DNA from: Dehalococcoidia bacterium
GTDB taxonomy: Bacteria > Chloroflexota > Dehalococcoidia > Lucifugimonadales > Australimonadaceae
Reading direction: 5' to 3'
NCBI GenBank assembly: GCA_965201135.1
Contig: OZ241751.1
Span: 948,248-1,012,247 of the forward strand
DNA: 64,000 bases
The position numbers and the translations under genes are program-made. The notes beneath the pieces are model-generated. The model searched no databases and was not told where the DNA came from. It saw only the letters and a program-made list of their open reading frames with translations. Within the stretch, counting starts at the first letter, position 1, and the number at the start of each line of letters is the position of its first letter. Below are positions 46,342 through 55,090 of the stretch, one piece after another.

Positions 46342-48621
46342 ATGGCCGACCCCGTCGAGGCGCTCCTGAGCGGGCTGAATCCGCCGCAGCGCGAGGCCGT
46401 CCAATGCGTGGACGGGCCGCTGCTGATCGTCGCGGGGCCCGGCTCCGGCAAGACGCGCGTCATCACGCACCGCATCGCCTACCTCAACCGGCGGGTGGGC
46501 ATCAGCCCGGGGCGGATCGCGGCGGTGACGTTCACGAACCGCGCCGCCCGCGAAATGCGGAGCAGGCTCGGCGCGCTGCTCGGCGAGAGCGCGGGGCGCC
46601 TCGCCGCCGGGACGTTTCACGCGCTCTGCGCCCGCATCCTGCGAAGCGACGGCGACGCCGTCGGCGTCCCGCCCGACTACGTCATTATGGACGACGAAGA
46701 CCAAATGTCGCTCGTGAAGCAGGCGATGGAGCAAACGGGCGTAGACCCCAAGCGCTTCCCCCCGCGCTCCGTCCTCTCCGCGATCGGCAGGGCGAAGTCG
46801 CAGTTGCTGGGGCCGGACGCGCTCGCCGCGAAAGCCGACGGCTACTACGACGAGGTCGTTCACAAGGTGTTCGCGGCGTATCAGGCCGCGCTCGCCCGGA
46901 GCCGCGCCGTCGACTTCGACGACCTCCTCGGCAAAACCGTCGACCTCTTTCGGGGAGACGCGGCCTCGCTCCGCAGGTGGCAAGAGCGGTTCGTTCACTT
47001 TATGGTGGACGAGTTTCAGGACACGAACGTCGCGCAGTACGAGTTGGCGCGCCAACTCGCCGGCGCCTACCGCAACCTCGCCGTCGTGGGCGACCCCGAC
47101 CAGTCCATCTACTCGTGGCGCAACGCCGACATCCGCAACATCCTCTCGTTCCAAAAGGACTACCCGGACGCGCGCGTCGTCCGCCTCTCCCAAAACTACC
47201 GCTCGACGGGAACCATCCTCAACGCGGCGCAGCGCCTGATCCGCGGCAACGCCCAGCGCATCGAGCAAGACCTGTTCACGGAGAACGCCGCCGGCGTCCG
47301 CATCCGCCTCATGGAGGCGTACTCGGAGGAGGAGGAGGCGCAGGACGTCGTCCGCGAGGCGCTCCGCCTAACGAAAGAGGAGGGCGCCGCGCTCCGCGAT
47401 TGCGTCGTCACCTACCGCGTCAACGCGCAGTCTCGCGCCCTAGAGGAGGCGTGCCTGCGCTACGGCCTGCCCTACAAACTCATCGGCGGCGTGCGCTTCT
47501 ATCAGCGGCGCGAGGTGAAAGACCTCATCGCCTACCTCCGCCTGCTGCAAGACCCCTACGACGAGGTCAGCCTGACGCGCGTCGTCAACGTTCCCGCCCG
47601 CGGAGTCGGCAAGCGCACGGTCGACGACCTCGTCGCGTGGGCGCGGTCGCTCGACGTTCCCGCCTACACCGCGCTGCAGTTGCTCGCCGACCAGGCCGAC
47701 TACCCGTCGCCGTTCGACGCGCGGCAACGGCGGAGCCTCACGGTCTTCCTCGCGCTGCTGAACGGGCTGAGCGAGATCAAGCCCACGATGGAGTTGCCCC
47801 AATTCCTCGACGAGACGATGGAGCGCTCCGGCTACCGCCGGTGGCTGCTGGAGTCGGACGACCCGGACGCGGAGGACCGGTTGGAGAACCTGCGCGAGTT
47901 GCGCGGCCTCTGCGCGGAGTTCGCAGACGAGCCCGCGTCCGACGCGCTGCCCCGCCTGCTGGAGCGCGTCGCCCTGGTGAGCGATCAGGACGCCATAGAA
48001 GAGGACGCGGAGCAATACCTCACGCTCATCACGCTGCATCAGATCAAAGGGCTGGAGTACCGCGTCGTGTTCATCACCGGAATGGAGGACGGCCTGCTGC
48101 CGCACAGCCGGTCGCTCGACGACCCGGATCAGTTGGAGGAGGAGCGGCGCATCGCCTACGTCGGAATGACGCGGGCGCGGGAGCGCCTCTATCTCTGCCG
48201 CGCCTTCCGCCGCCGTATATTCGGCGGAATGGGCGCCGGCCTGCCGTCGCGCTTCCTGCGCGACGTCCCCTCCGAACTGACTGAGGCGCCTCGTTCGCGG
48301 ACGGAGCGGTTCGGCGGGGGGCGAGATTCCCGCCTACGCGGGAACGACGACTACTTCGGCGGGGCGGGCGCGCGGGGACGCACGGCGTCCGGACTAGCGG
48401 GCGCCGTCCGCGCCCCGGCGTCACCGAGCAACGGCGCGTCGCCCGCTCCCCCTCCGTTCAGGGCGGGCGACAAGGTCGAGCATCCCTCGTTTGGGCTGGG
48501 CGTCGTCGTCAACTGCGCGCTGCGTCCGGGCGACTACGAGGTCACGGTGGCGTTCGCGGGCAACCAGGGCGTGCGGCGCCTGCTCCACAGTTACGGCAAA
48601 CTCGAGCGGGCGGCGTCGTGA
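46342..48621 (+). CDS. pcrA: UvrD/PcrA-type ATP-dependent DNA helicase
   Basis: 759 aa. Blocks: LNPPQREAVQCVDGPLLIVAGPGSGKTRVITHRIAYL, FMVDEFQDTN, QNYRST, TLHQIKGLEYRVVFITG and YVGMTRARERL, plus a C-terminal Tudor-like FRAGDKVEHPSFGLGVV. The linker contains a REP-derived segment (see findings). Confidence 0.92.
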   Translation: MADPVEALLSGLNPPQREAVQCVDGPLLIVAGPGSGKTRVITHRIAYLNRRVGISPGRIAAVTFTNRAAREMRSRLGALLGESAGRLAAGTFHALCARILRSDGDAVGVPPDYVIMDDEDQMSLVKQAMEQTGVDPKRFPPRSVLSAIGRAKSQLLGPDALAAKADGYYDEVVHKVFAAYQAALARSRAVDFDDLLGKTVDLFRGDAASLRRWQERFVHFMVDEFQDTNVAQYELARQLAGAYRNLAVVGDPDQSIYSWRNADIRNILSFQKDYPDARVVRLSQNYRSTGTILNAAQRLIRGNAQRIEQDLFTENAAGVRIRLMEAYSEEEEAQDVVREALRLTKEEGAALRDCVVTYRVNAQSRALEEACLRYGLPYKLIGGVRFYQRREVKDLIAYLRLLQDPYDEVSLTRVVNVPARGVGKRTVDDLVAWARSLDVPAYTALQLLADQADYPSPFDARQRRSLTVFLALLNGLSEIKPTMELPQFLDETMERSGYRRWLLESDDPDAEDRLENLRELRGLCAEFADEPASDALPRLLERVALVSDQDAIEEDAEQYLTLITLHQIKGLEYRVVFITGMEDGLLPHSRSLDDPDQLEEERRIAYVGMTRARERLYLCRAFRRRIFGGMGAGLPSRFLRDVPSELTEAPRSRTERFGGGRDSRLRGNDDYFGGAGARGRTASGLAGAVRAPASPSNGASPAPPPFRAGDKVEHPSFGLGVVVNCALRPGDYEVTVAFAGNQGVRRLLHSYGKLERAAS

Positions 48622-49337
48622 CGCCGCGCCTCTCCATTGTCGTGCCGGCCTACAACGAGGAAGGGCGCATCGGCCCCACGCTCGAGGAGTATCTCGCGCA
48701 TTTCCGCCTCTCGCACGCGGGCGAGTTCGAGATCATCGTCTCGCTGAACGGCTGCCGCGACGGCACGCGGGGCGTCGTCGAGCGGATGGCGGCGGACGCG
48801 CCGGAGTTGCGATTCGCGGAGTCGGCGGCGCCTCTGGGCAAAGGCGGCGCGATTATGGCCGGCCTCGCCGAAGCGCAAGGCGAAGACCTGCTGTTCGTGG
48901 ACGCCGACAATATGGTGCGCGCGCCCGAGGCCGCGAAACTCGTGGACGCGCTCGCATCCCGCGACATCGCCATCGGCGACAGGTACGGCGCGAAGGGTTC
49001 GGACGCGCGTGAGTCCCCCTTGCGCCGCGCCGTCAGCAAAACGTCGCGGCTTTGGGCGCGGCGCTTCCTGGGGCTGCCCTACTCGGACACGCAGTGCGGC
49101 GCGAAGGCGATGCGCGCCGAGGCGTGGCGCGCCGTCGCCGGGCGGGTCGAGGAGCGCGGCTGGGCGTTCGACCTCGACCTCCTCGCTCAAGCGCGCCGCG
49201 CCGGCTGCTCGGTTGCGAGCGTTCCGGTGGAGTGGCGGCACGTCGAGGAGGGCTCCAAAGTGCGGGCGTGGCGCGACGTCCCCGCGACATTCCTCTCCAC
49301 CTTCGGCATCCGGCGGCGCGCGCGCCGGCGGCGTTAG
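48618..49337 (+). CDS. Family 2 glycosyltransferase (dolichyl/polyprenyl-phosphate glycosyltransferase-like)
   Basis: 239 aa. The GTG start overlaps the pcrA stop. LSIVVPAYNEEGRIGPTL...DADN...YSDTQCGAK are present. Confidence 0.8.
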   Translation: MTPRLSIVVPAYNEEGRIGPTLEEYLAHFRLSHAGEFEIIVSLNGCRDGTRGVVERMAADAPELRFAESAAPLGKGGAIMAGLAEAQGEDLLFVDADNMVRAPEAAKLVDALASRDIAIGDRYGAKGSDARESPLRRAVSKTSRLWARRFLGLPYSDTQCGAKAMRAEAWRAVAGRVEERGWAFDLDLLAQARRAGCSVASVPVEWRHVEEGSKVRAWRDVPATFLSTFGIRRRARRRR

Positions 49338-49340
49338 GCG

Positions 49341-49372
49341 GCGGCGGCGGCGCCAAGCCGCAAGTTTGACGC
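49341..49372. repeat. Left copy of a 32-bp direct repeat (31/32 identical to 51273-51304)
   Basis: gcggcggcggcgccaagccgcAagtttgacgc. On the minus strand it encodes ...RVKLAAWRRRRR, duplicating the C-terminus (CVKLAAWRRRRD*) of the GT2 gene that ends at 51267. Confidence 0.8.
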
Positions 49373-49453
49373 GCGGCGGGGCTAGCGCGGGGCGCGCTCG
49401 GGACGGCTTCCTCGGATTCGCGTTCCTCGCGGCAATGGCCTTAGTCCGCAGGC

Positions 49454-51138
49454 CTACTTTTGGCGGCGGTCGAAGAAGCGCACGCCGCCGTCGTAGATGT
49501 CGGCGAGGATGGGCGACTGCTTGCCCGCCCAGTGGAGCGCAAGGTAGTGCTTGGCCCTGCTGACCGCTATGTAGAGGAGGCGCTGATTGAAAGGCGTGTT
49601 TGCGAAGGCGTCGTTCACCCCCAACACGATGACGGCGTCGTACTCCAAGCCCCGAACATCGGGGATTCGCGCCAAGACCGTGCCTCCAGCGCGATAACGC
49701 TCCTGTCCAAACGGGACGACTTCCCTGACTTCGCGCGCCTCGCAGAAATTCAGAAAGCGGGTCAGGTTGAGGCGGTCGCGGGCGAGGATGGCGACGCTGG
49801 CGTTCGCCAGCCCCGGCCTTGCGCGAAGGCCGGCGAGGTCGTTGACGACCGCTTCGTGCATACCCTCGACGGTCGCGTGCCGGTGGTATTCGAGGCGATG
49901 GCCTTCCCGTTCGTAAGGGATGGGCGCCGGCAGGTTCTTCTCGTACAAGCGCAGCGCCCTATGAACGCTTGCCGCATCGCGTTCGGGTAGGAGCCTTCGG
50001 CGGCGAGCGCCGCGTCGAGGGCCTCGGCGATTTCATCGCGGCTGATGCTGGTTCCGTCGGCGAGCCTCTTGCCTCCGGGCGCGAGCAGACGCCGTTTGCA
50101 ACGAGACTCTATGCGCCTGACCTCGCGCGCGACGCGCCGTTCCAGCAGCCCCGCCATATCCAGAGACCCCTTGAACGATTCGGCGCGCTCGCTAAACCGG
50201 GTCATTTCGCCCCGAGCCAGCAAGTCATTCCATGCATCTCCCCTAATACGGATCGGCGTAGTCCGGAGCGAGCGAATCCATTCGCCTCGAGTGGTTTGCG
50301 TTACCCCTCGCTCTACGCCCAGGGCGGGCAAGAGGTCTGCGGCGTACTCCAAGAACGCCTGGGACGGACCGATGAAGAGCGTGGTTTCCGGGGTAGGCCG
50401 CTCTCTATCGGATAGGTCGTTGAACGGGGACAGCAAGTAGGCGATCCTGTGCAGACCGATCTCGCTCTTGCCGCTGCCCGCCGCGCCCTGCACGATGAGC
50501 GCGCGGTCTTGCGTGTTGGCGATGGCCTCGTACTGGCGAGGCTCGATCGTCTCCACGATAACGGACAACCCCGCATCGCCGCCCGATTCGCTTAGGGCTT
50601 CCGTGAGCGCGTCCGACGACGCTCCCTTCCCTGATCCGCTCGGGATCGCTCGGCGGTAGACGTCGTTCAGCGCAACCAACCGCTGGTTGCGTATTCGCAG
50701 GAACCGCTTGAGGTCCACCCGGACGCGCACGAGCCCGCTAGGGGCGGGGTATTGCGAGTCGTTGGTGTACCAGAGCCGCGCCACGGGCGCAGTCCACGAG
50801 TACACGCCATGCGCCTCAATCGCGGTGGGCCCAATGTAAATGCGCTTGCGCTCGCCGACCTCGCGCGGAGCATCCAGCGCCAGGTAGTCCAATCGCCCGA
50901 AATACGGCTGCTCCAAGGCGGACGCAAAACCAGCGTTGAGTTTTTCGAGTTCCCTGTGGATGGCGTCAGCAGCCAGCTGGTCGGCGGCTGTCACGGGCTG
51001 ATTCGCAGTCCAGTGGAGCAACCTATCCTGCAGATAGCGGACCACGTCGGCGAGTTTCTCCCGCTCCTCGCCAAGGTCTCGGTCGGAGTCGGCCGCGATT
51101 TCGGCGGAGGTCTCCGTCAATGCGTCATCTTGAGTCAT
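49454..51138 (-). pseudogene. HelD/UvrD-like helicase, frameshifted near 49975-49990 and apparently lacking a DExx (Walker B) box
   Basis: ORF 49762..51138 shows HelD-like EQPYFGRLDY and RKRIYIGP, plus Walker A QGAAGSGKSEIGLHRIAYLL. It becomes nonsense after ...AAEGSYPN. The reading continues as ...DAASVHRALRLYEKNLPAPIPYE... in ORF 49454..49948, which ends with helicase motifs V/VI: GLEYDAVIVLGVND...LLYIAVSRAKHYL. Confidence 0.65.
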
Positions 51139-51266
51139 TCAGCAGCCCTCGTTAGCGTTCGGCTGATCATAATTTGAGCATCGCGCGGTTTGCAACCCGA
51201 CCGGACTCCGGCATCCGGCCAGCGGCCAGCGCAACCCGCACAGCGGAGTGCGCGCCGCCCGCGCGG

Positions 51267-51986
51267 TCAATCGCGGCGGCGGCGCCAAGCCGCGAGTTTG
51301 ACGCAGAGGGCGGCGAGCCGCAGCGCCTCCCGCATGCCCGCCTTCGAGAAGCCCGCTTGCCGGTCGTGAAAGACGATGGGCCATTCGTAGACGCTCAGAC
51401 CGCGCCGCGTCGCCAGGGCCTCCAGCAGCCACTTGAACCCCGGCGCGGAGTAGCGCGTGAGCGGCTCCGCCAGCAGTTCGCGGCGGCAGACCGCGTAGCC
51501 CGTCAGGACGTCGTTGGCGGGAAGGGCGAACAGCGTCCGCGCCGCCGCGTTGAGCAGCCTGCTGATCAGGCGCCGCGCGAGGGGCTGCCCCATAAAGGCG
51601 GAGCCCTTGACGTAGCGCGAGCCGATGACCACGTCGTAGCCGTCCGCCGCGCGCGCCAGCATCGCCGGCAGTTCCTCCGGGTCGTGCGAGCGGTCGGCGT
51701 CCATCACCGCGACGAACCGGCCGCGCGCTTGCTCCGCGCCCGCGAACACCGCCCCGGCGAGCCCGCCCTTCGCGGGGCGCTCCACGAGCCGGACGCGCGG
51801 GTCGGCGGCGGCCATCTCCCGAACGGCGTCGGCGGTGCCGTCCGGGCTCGCGTCGTCGATGACGATGACCTCGCTGGGCGCGTCCCATAGGACGTCGAGG
51901 ATGGCGGGCGCGAGCGCCGCGACGTTCTCGCGTTCGTTGTAGGTGGGCAGCAGGACGGAGATCAGCGGTTCGGGCGGAGAGGACAC
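51267..51986 (-). CDS. Family 2 glycosyltransferase (polyprenol-phosphate mannosyltransferase-like)
   Basis: In frame with ORF 51267..52229. The likely start is GTG 51986 (VSSPPEPLISVLLPTYNERENV...VIVIDDASPDGT). The upstream part of the ORF is REP-repeat translation (SFPRRRESRP, RHSRESG). Confidence 0.8.
   Translation of the reverse strand: MSSPPEPLISVLLPTYNERENVAALAPAILDVLWDAPSEVIVIDDASPDGTADAVREMAAADPRVRLVERPAKGGLAGAVFAGAEQARGRFVAVMDADRSHDPEELPAMLARAADGYDVVIGSRYVKGSAFMGQPLARRLISRLLNAAARTLFALPANDVLTGYAVCRRELLAEPLTRYSAPGFKWLLEALATRRGLSVYEWPIVFHDRQAGFSKAGMREALRLAALCVKLAAWRRRRD
51273..51304. repeat. Right copy of the 32-bp direct repeat, inside the 3' end of the GT2 gene
   Basis: gcggcggcggcgccaagccgcGagtttgacgc. 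Confidence 0.8.
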
Positions 51987-52051
51987 GGCGCGTTCCCTAG
52001 CGGAATCGGACGGGCGGCGTAGTATAGAGGATTGCGCGGGAAGGGCGTTTG

Positions 52052-52165
52052 GGGTAGGCGGCCCGCTTTCGCGGGAATGACGTGGCCCTGGGGATCGAAG
52101 GAGACGGGGCGCGTTGCGCCCCGTCCAACAGGGGCGAGATTCCCGCCTACGCGGGAATGACGGCA
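52052..52165. repeat. REP-like hairpin modules
   Basis: ggtaggcggcccgctttcgcgggaatgacg, gagacggggcgcgttgcgccccgtc and gagattcccgcctacgcgggaatgacgg. Confidence 0.8.
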
Positions 52166-52320
52166 AGGGGCGCGGCGTTGGCGGGTAGGCTCGGCGGCGC
52201 GTCGCGCTGGGCTGAGCGGCGTCGCCCAACCGGGGCCGACCCGGCCATGAATTCGATGCGTGGGGGTTGTTCGGCTCCTTTCGGCGGGTGGTTTCGCGCG
52301 CGCTGCGGCGGGTTTCGGCG

Positions 52321-52672
52321 AAAAGCGCTCAAAAGCGCTCATTCGCGCTCACGCCTCTCCTCGGGCGGGGCGGGGGGAACGCTCGATTGGGGTCCAGGAT
52401 AGCAGGGGGCGTAGCGGAACGCAATGGGGTTGTGTCATAATGGCGCGCGAGGCTTGGGGAAGGCGGGGAAACGGGTTGCGTCGGGCGCGCGGATTGCGGC
52501 TTCGCGGGTTGGGTCGAGGGGCGCCGGAGGGGACTGGGAGGCGGTCTGCGCCGTCCGGGGGCAGTGAGCGCTCCGTGAGCACTGAATGAGCGCTTTTTGA
52601 GCGCCGAATGAGCGCTCCGTGAGCACTGAATGAGCACTTTTTAGCGCCAAATGAGCGCCGTTTGAGCGCTGG
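52321..52672. repeat. Palindromic phased-word element C (word gagcgc), arms split by ~210 bp of G-rich sequence
   Basis: The left arm at 52321-52350 is aaaagcgctc aaaagcgctc attcgcgctc. The right arm at 52563-52670 is an 11-nt periodic array: agtgagcgc tccgtgagcac tgaatgagcgc tttttgagcgc cgaatgagcgc tccgtgagcac tgaatgagcac tttttagcgc caaatgagcgc cgtttgagcgc. Confidence 0.7.
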
Positions 52673-52682
52673 GAGTGGGGGG

Positions 52683-52845
52683 CGGGATTCCCGCGTAGGC
52701 GGGAATGACGGGTTATAGGGGGCGGATGACGGCAAGGGGGTAGGTTCCCGCTTTCGCGGGAATGACGCGGGGGCATGGGGATGAGGGAGACGGGGCGGCG
52801 CCCCGTCTGTGGCGTTGCGCGCCCGATTGGATTCCCCGCCCGGGA
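52683..52845. repeat. REP-like hairpin modules
   Basis: cgggattcccgcgtaggcgggaatgacgg, ggtaggttcccgctttcgcgggaatgacg and gagacggggcggcgccccgtct. Confidence 0.8.
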
Positions 52846-52868
52846 GTTGAAGGAGGGCGTCTTGCGCG

Positions 52869-53654
52869 CTATTCGCCGCCGTGCACGGGGAGGACAACGC
52901 CGTTGATGAACGACGCGGCGTCGGAGCAGAGGAAGAGGGCGGCGGAGCCGATGTCGTCGCCGACGCCGACGCGCCCGACGGCGATGCGGTCCGCGGCCTC
53001 CGCCATCTCCGGGCGGACGGTTCCGGCCGGGCGCGGCGTGTCTATGGTTCCGGGCGCGATGCAGTTGACGCGCACTTCCGGCTTCCACTGATGCGCCATA
53101 TGGAAGGTGAGGCTGTGGACGGCGGCTTTCGCGGTTCCGTAAGCGGCGATGTCGGGGGCGTTGGGGCGGCGGTCGAGGCCGGACGTGGAGCCGACGTTGA
53201 CGATCGCGCCCTTGCCCGCCGCCTGCATATGCGGAACGACGGCTTTGGACGCGAGGAAGACGGTTTTGACGTTGCCGACATAGGCGCCGAGGAAATCGTC
53301 GCCGCTCATCTCCAGAAGCGGGGCGCGGGCGTACTGCGGCATATCCGGGTTGCGGCTGTAGGAGCCCCCCGCGACGTTGACGAGCGCGTCGATGCGCCCG
53401 AAGACATCGAGCGTCCGCGCGACCATCGCGTCTATCTCGTCCGGGTCGGCGACGTTGACCTTGACGCCGATGGCGGACGCACCGAGCGATTCGGCCTCGG
53501 CGACGGCCAGGGGAATGCTCTCCTCGGGCACCGACGCGACGACGACGTTCGCCCCGGCCTGCGCGAACGCGCGGACGCAGCCGCGCCCGATGCCTCCGCT
53601 GCCGCCGGTGATGATGACGGTCCGCCCTTCCATTGCGAATCGGGACAAGTCCAT
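52869..53654 (-). CDS. SDR-family oxidoreductase (FabG-like)
   Basis: In frame with ORF 52869..53858. MDLSRFAMEGRTVIITGGSGGIGRG is the TGxxxGxG motif; NVGSTSG...YGTAKAAV carries the Y-x-x-x-K. Confidence 0.85.
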   Translation of the reverse strand: MDLSRFAMEGRTVIITGGSGGIGRGCVRAFAQAGANVVVASVPEESIPLAVAEAESLGASAIGVKVNVADPDEIDAMVARTLDVFGRIDALVNVAGGSYSRNPDMPQYARAPLLEMSGDDFLGAYVGNVKTVFLASKAVVPHMQAAGKGAIVNVGSTSGLDRRPNAPDIAAYGTAKAAVHSLTFHMAHQWKPEVRVNCIAPGTIDTPRPAGTVRPEMAEAADRIAVGRVGVGDDIGSAALFLCSDAASFINGVVLPVHGGE

Positions 53655-54072
53655 TGGCGCGTCTCCTTCCTGCGCCGCAATATAGCACACTGGCGGGCGG
53701 CAGGCCGGGACGGCAGGGCGTATGCCTCCGGGGGCTTGCGCCCTACCTCTCCAATCACACCCCGCGCGCCTCCCGTTATTCTGAGAAGCGGCGAGAGAGG
53801 GCTCTGCGGACGGCGTGGAGAGGTTGGGCACAGGTCTCGAAAAGCCGCTATCCCGCAACCGAAATCGCTACCCTTCGCCGCCCAGACCCCGGACAATTAT
53901 GAGCGTTCGGCGCAAGATGCGTCAACGCGAGGGGCGCCAAGACGCGCAAGGCGCATGTCGCAACGCGCAAGGCGCGCGCCGCAAGATGCGCGGAGAAGAT
54001 GCGCGATTCTAGAGAACGCGCGAGTCGCCGTCCGGCTGAGCGGGACGCCGGACGCTGGGAGGAGCGATGATT

Positions 54073-54282
54073 ATGCAAGTGACGCTTGGCGAAGCGCTGT
54101 CGGCGGGCGCGATGAACGTTACGCCCCGAATCCGCGAGGCGCGGCCCGCCCCCCAGTGGGCGAGCCGGCAGTGCCCCGCCTGCGGCCAGTCCGTCGAACT
54201 GCGCGGCGGGGTGTTCGCCTTCCACAACGCGGGCTCGTTCCCCTGCGACGCCAGCGGCAGCCCGGGCGAAATCGGGGGGTAG
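54073..54282 (+). CDS. Hypothetical small Cys-containing protein (~69 aa)
   Basis: GGGAGGAG at 54057-54064. ATGs at 54067 and 54073 are in frame with ORF 54067..54282. The sequence is MQVTLGEALSAG...QCPACGQSVELRGGVFAFHNAGSFPCD. The assignment is weak. Confidence 0.3.
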   Translation: MQVTLGEALSAGAMNVTPRIREARPAPQWASRQCPACGQSVELRGGVFAFHNAGSFPCDASGSPGEIGG

Positions 54283-54370
54283 GGGCGGGGCGCGAAGCGG
54301 GAGGCCGCTGGGAACGCATAGTCAGGGCCGCCGGGGGCCGGGCCGTCCGGACGCGCTTTGCTATAGGGCT

Positions 54371-54493
54371 GCATCATTTTGCATCATTTTGACTCATTTA
54401 CTCCTGCGCTTCGGCGGGCGGATGAGGCTCCAATGAGGCGTTTTGAGGCTGTTTTGGGGGCTTTTTGAGTCAGGAATGAGGCTGAATGAGGCG
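54371..54493. repeat. Palindromic phased-word element B (word aatgagg/ctcatt)
   Basis: The left arm is gcatcatttt gcatcatttt gactcattta. The centre begins with the same catttactcct 11-mer as element A. The right arm is ggatgaggc tccaatgaggc gttttgaggc tgttttggggg ctttttgagtc aggaatgaggc tgaatgaggc. Confidence 0.75.
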
Positions 54494-54602
54494 CCCCTCT
54501 CGTCACCTCGTCCGCTCCGCCTGCGTCGCCTGCGCGCGGCAGGGTCCATCGTAGGGGATAAGGGGGGCGTCTGCGGAAGGGGCGGTTGTCATGGGGGGGA
54601 TG

Positions 54603-55012
54603 GGGCGGGATTCCCGCCTACGCGGGAATGACGTGGCCCCGGGGAACAAGGAGACAGGGCTAGCGCCCCGTCTATGGCGCTGGGGCGCCGAATGGATTCC
54701 TGCCTACGCAGGAATGACGACCGCTCATCGCGCTCGTCTGCAGTACCCTCTCCCGCCGCGTTCGCGGCGTCCTCTCCCCTTCTAGGAGACCTTTGCATAA
54801 CTCAGTTGCGGCCCGCAATTCCCTTAATGCTGGGAGTGAATTGAGGCGCCCCGGCTCTGTAGTGGGGGGTTATGCAAAGGTCTCTCTAGGGAGAGGGGGA
54901 ATTCGGCGCTTGCGCGCCTCCGACGGATACGAGATTCCCGCCTACGCGGGAATGACGGTCATCATGGGCGCGGCGCTCAATGGGGCGGGGATTCCGCCTA
55001 CGCGGGAATGAC
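54603..55012. repeat. Cluster of REP-like hairpin modules hosting MITE copy 2
   Basis: gggattcccgcctacgcgggaatgacg, gagacagggctagcgccccgtct, ggattcctgcctacgcaggaatgacg, cgccgcgttcgcggcg, gagattcccgcctacgcgggaatgacgg and ggggattccgcctacgcgggaatgacgg. Confidence 0.8.
54787..54883. mobile_element. MITE-like element, copy 2 (97 bp); interior inverted relative to copy 1
   Basis: TIRs are agacctttgcataac (54787-54801) and gttatgcaaaggtct (54869-54883). The flanks are ttctagg | ... | ctctagg. The reverse complement of the interior matches copy 1 with about six differences. Confidence 0.7.
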
Positions 55013-55051
55013 GGCAAGAGGATGCGCGTATGCTGCAATGCGCGGCGGGTA

Positions 55052-55080
55052 TTGACGCGCTCCGTAGCTTCGTTTATCCT
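55052..55080 (+). promoter_or_regulatory. Sigma70-like promoter TTGACG-17-TATCCT for the siderophore-interacting protein gene
   Basis: ttgacg at 55052-55057 and tatcct at 55075-55080. The region is unusually A/T-rich for this sequence. Confidence 0.45.
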
Positions 55081-55090
55081 ATGTAAATAA

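Noticed and set aside
53905-54005. A series of aaga(t/c)gcgc words, possibly a fourth phased-word element.
   Set aside because: The spacing is irregular (about 24, 44 and 12 nt) and I found no clear inverted arm. It is mentioned under element B only.
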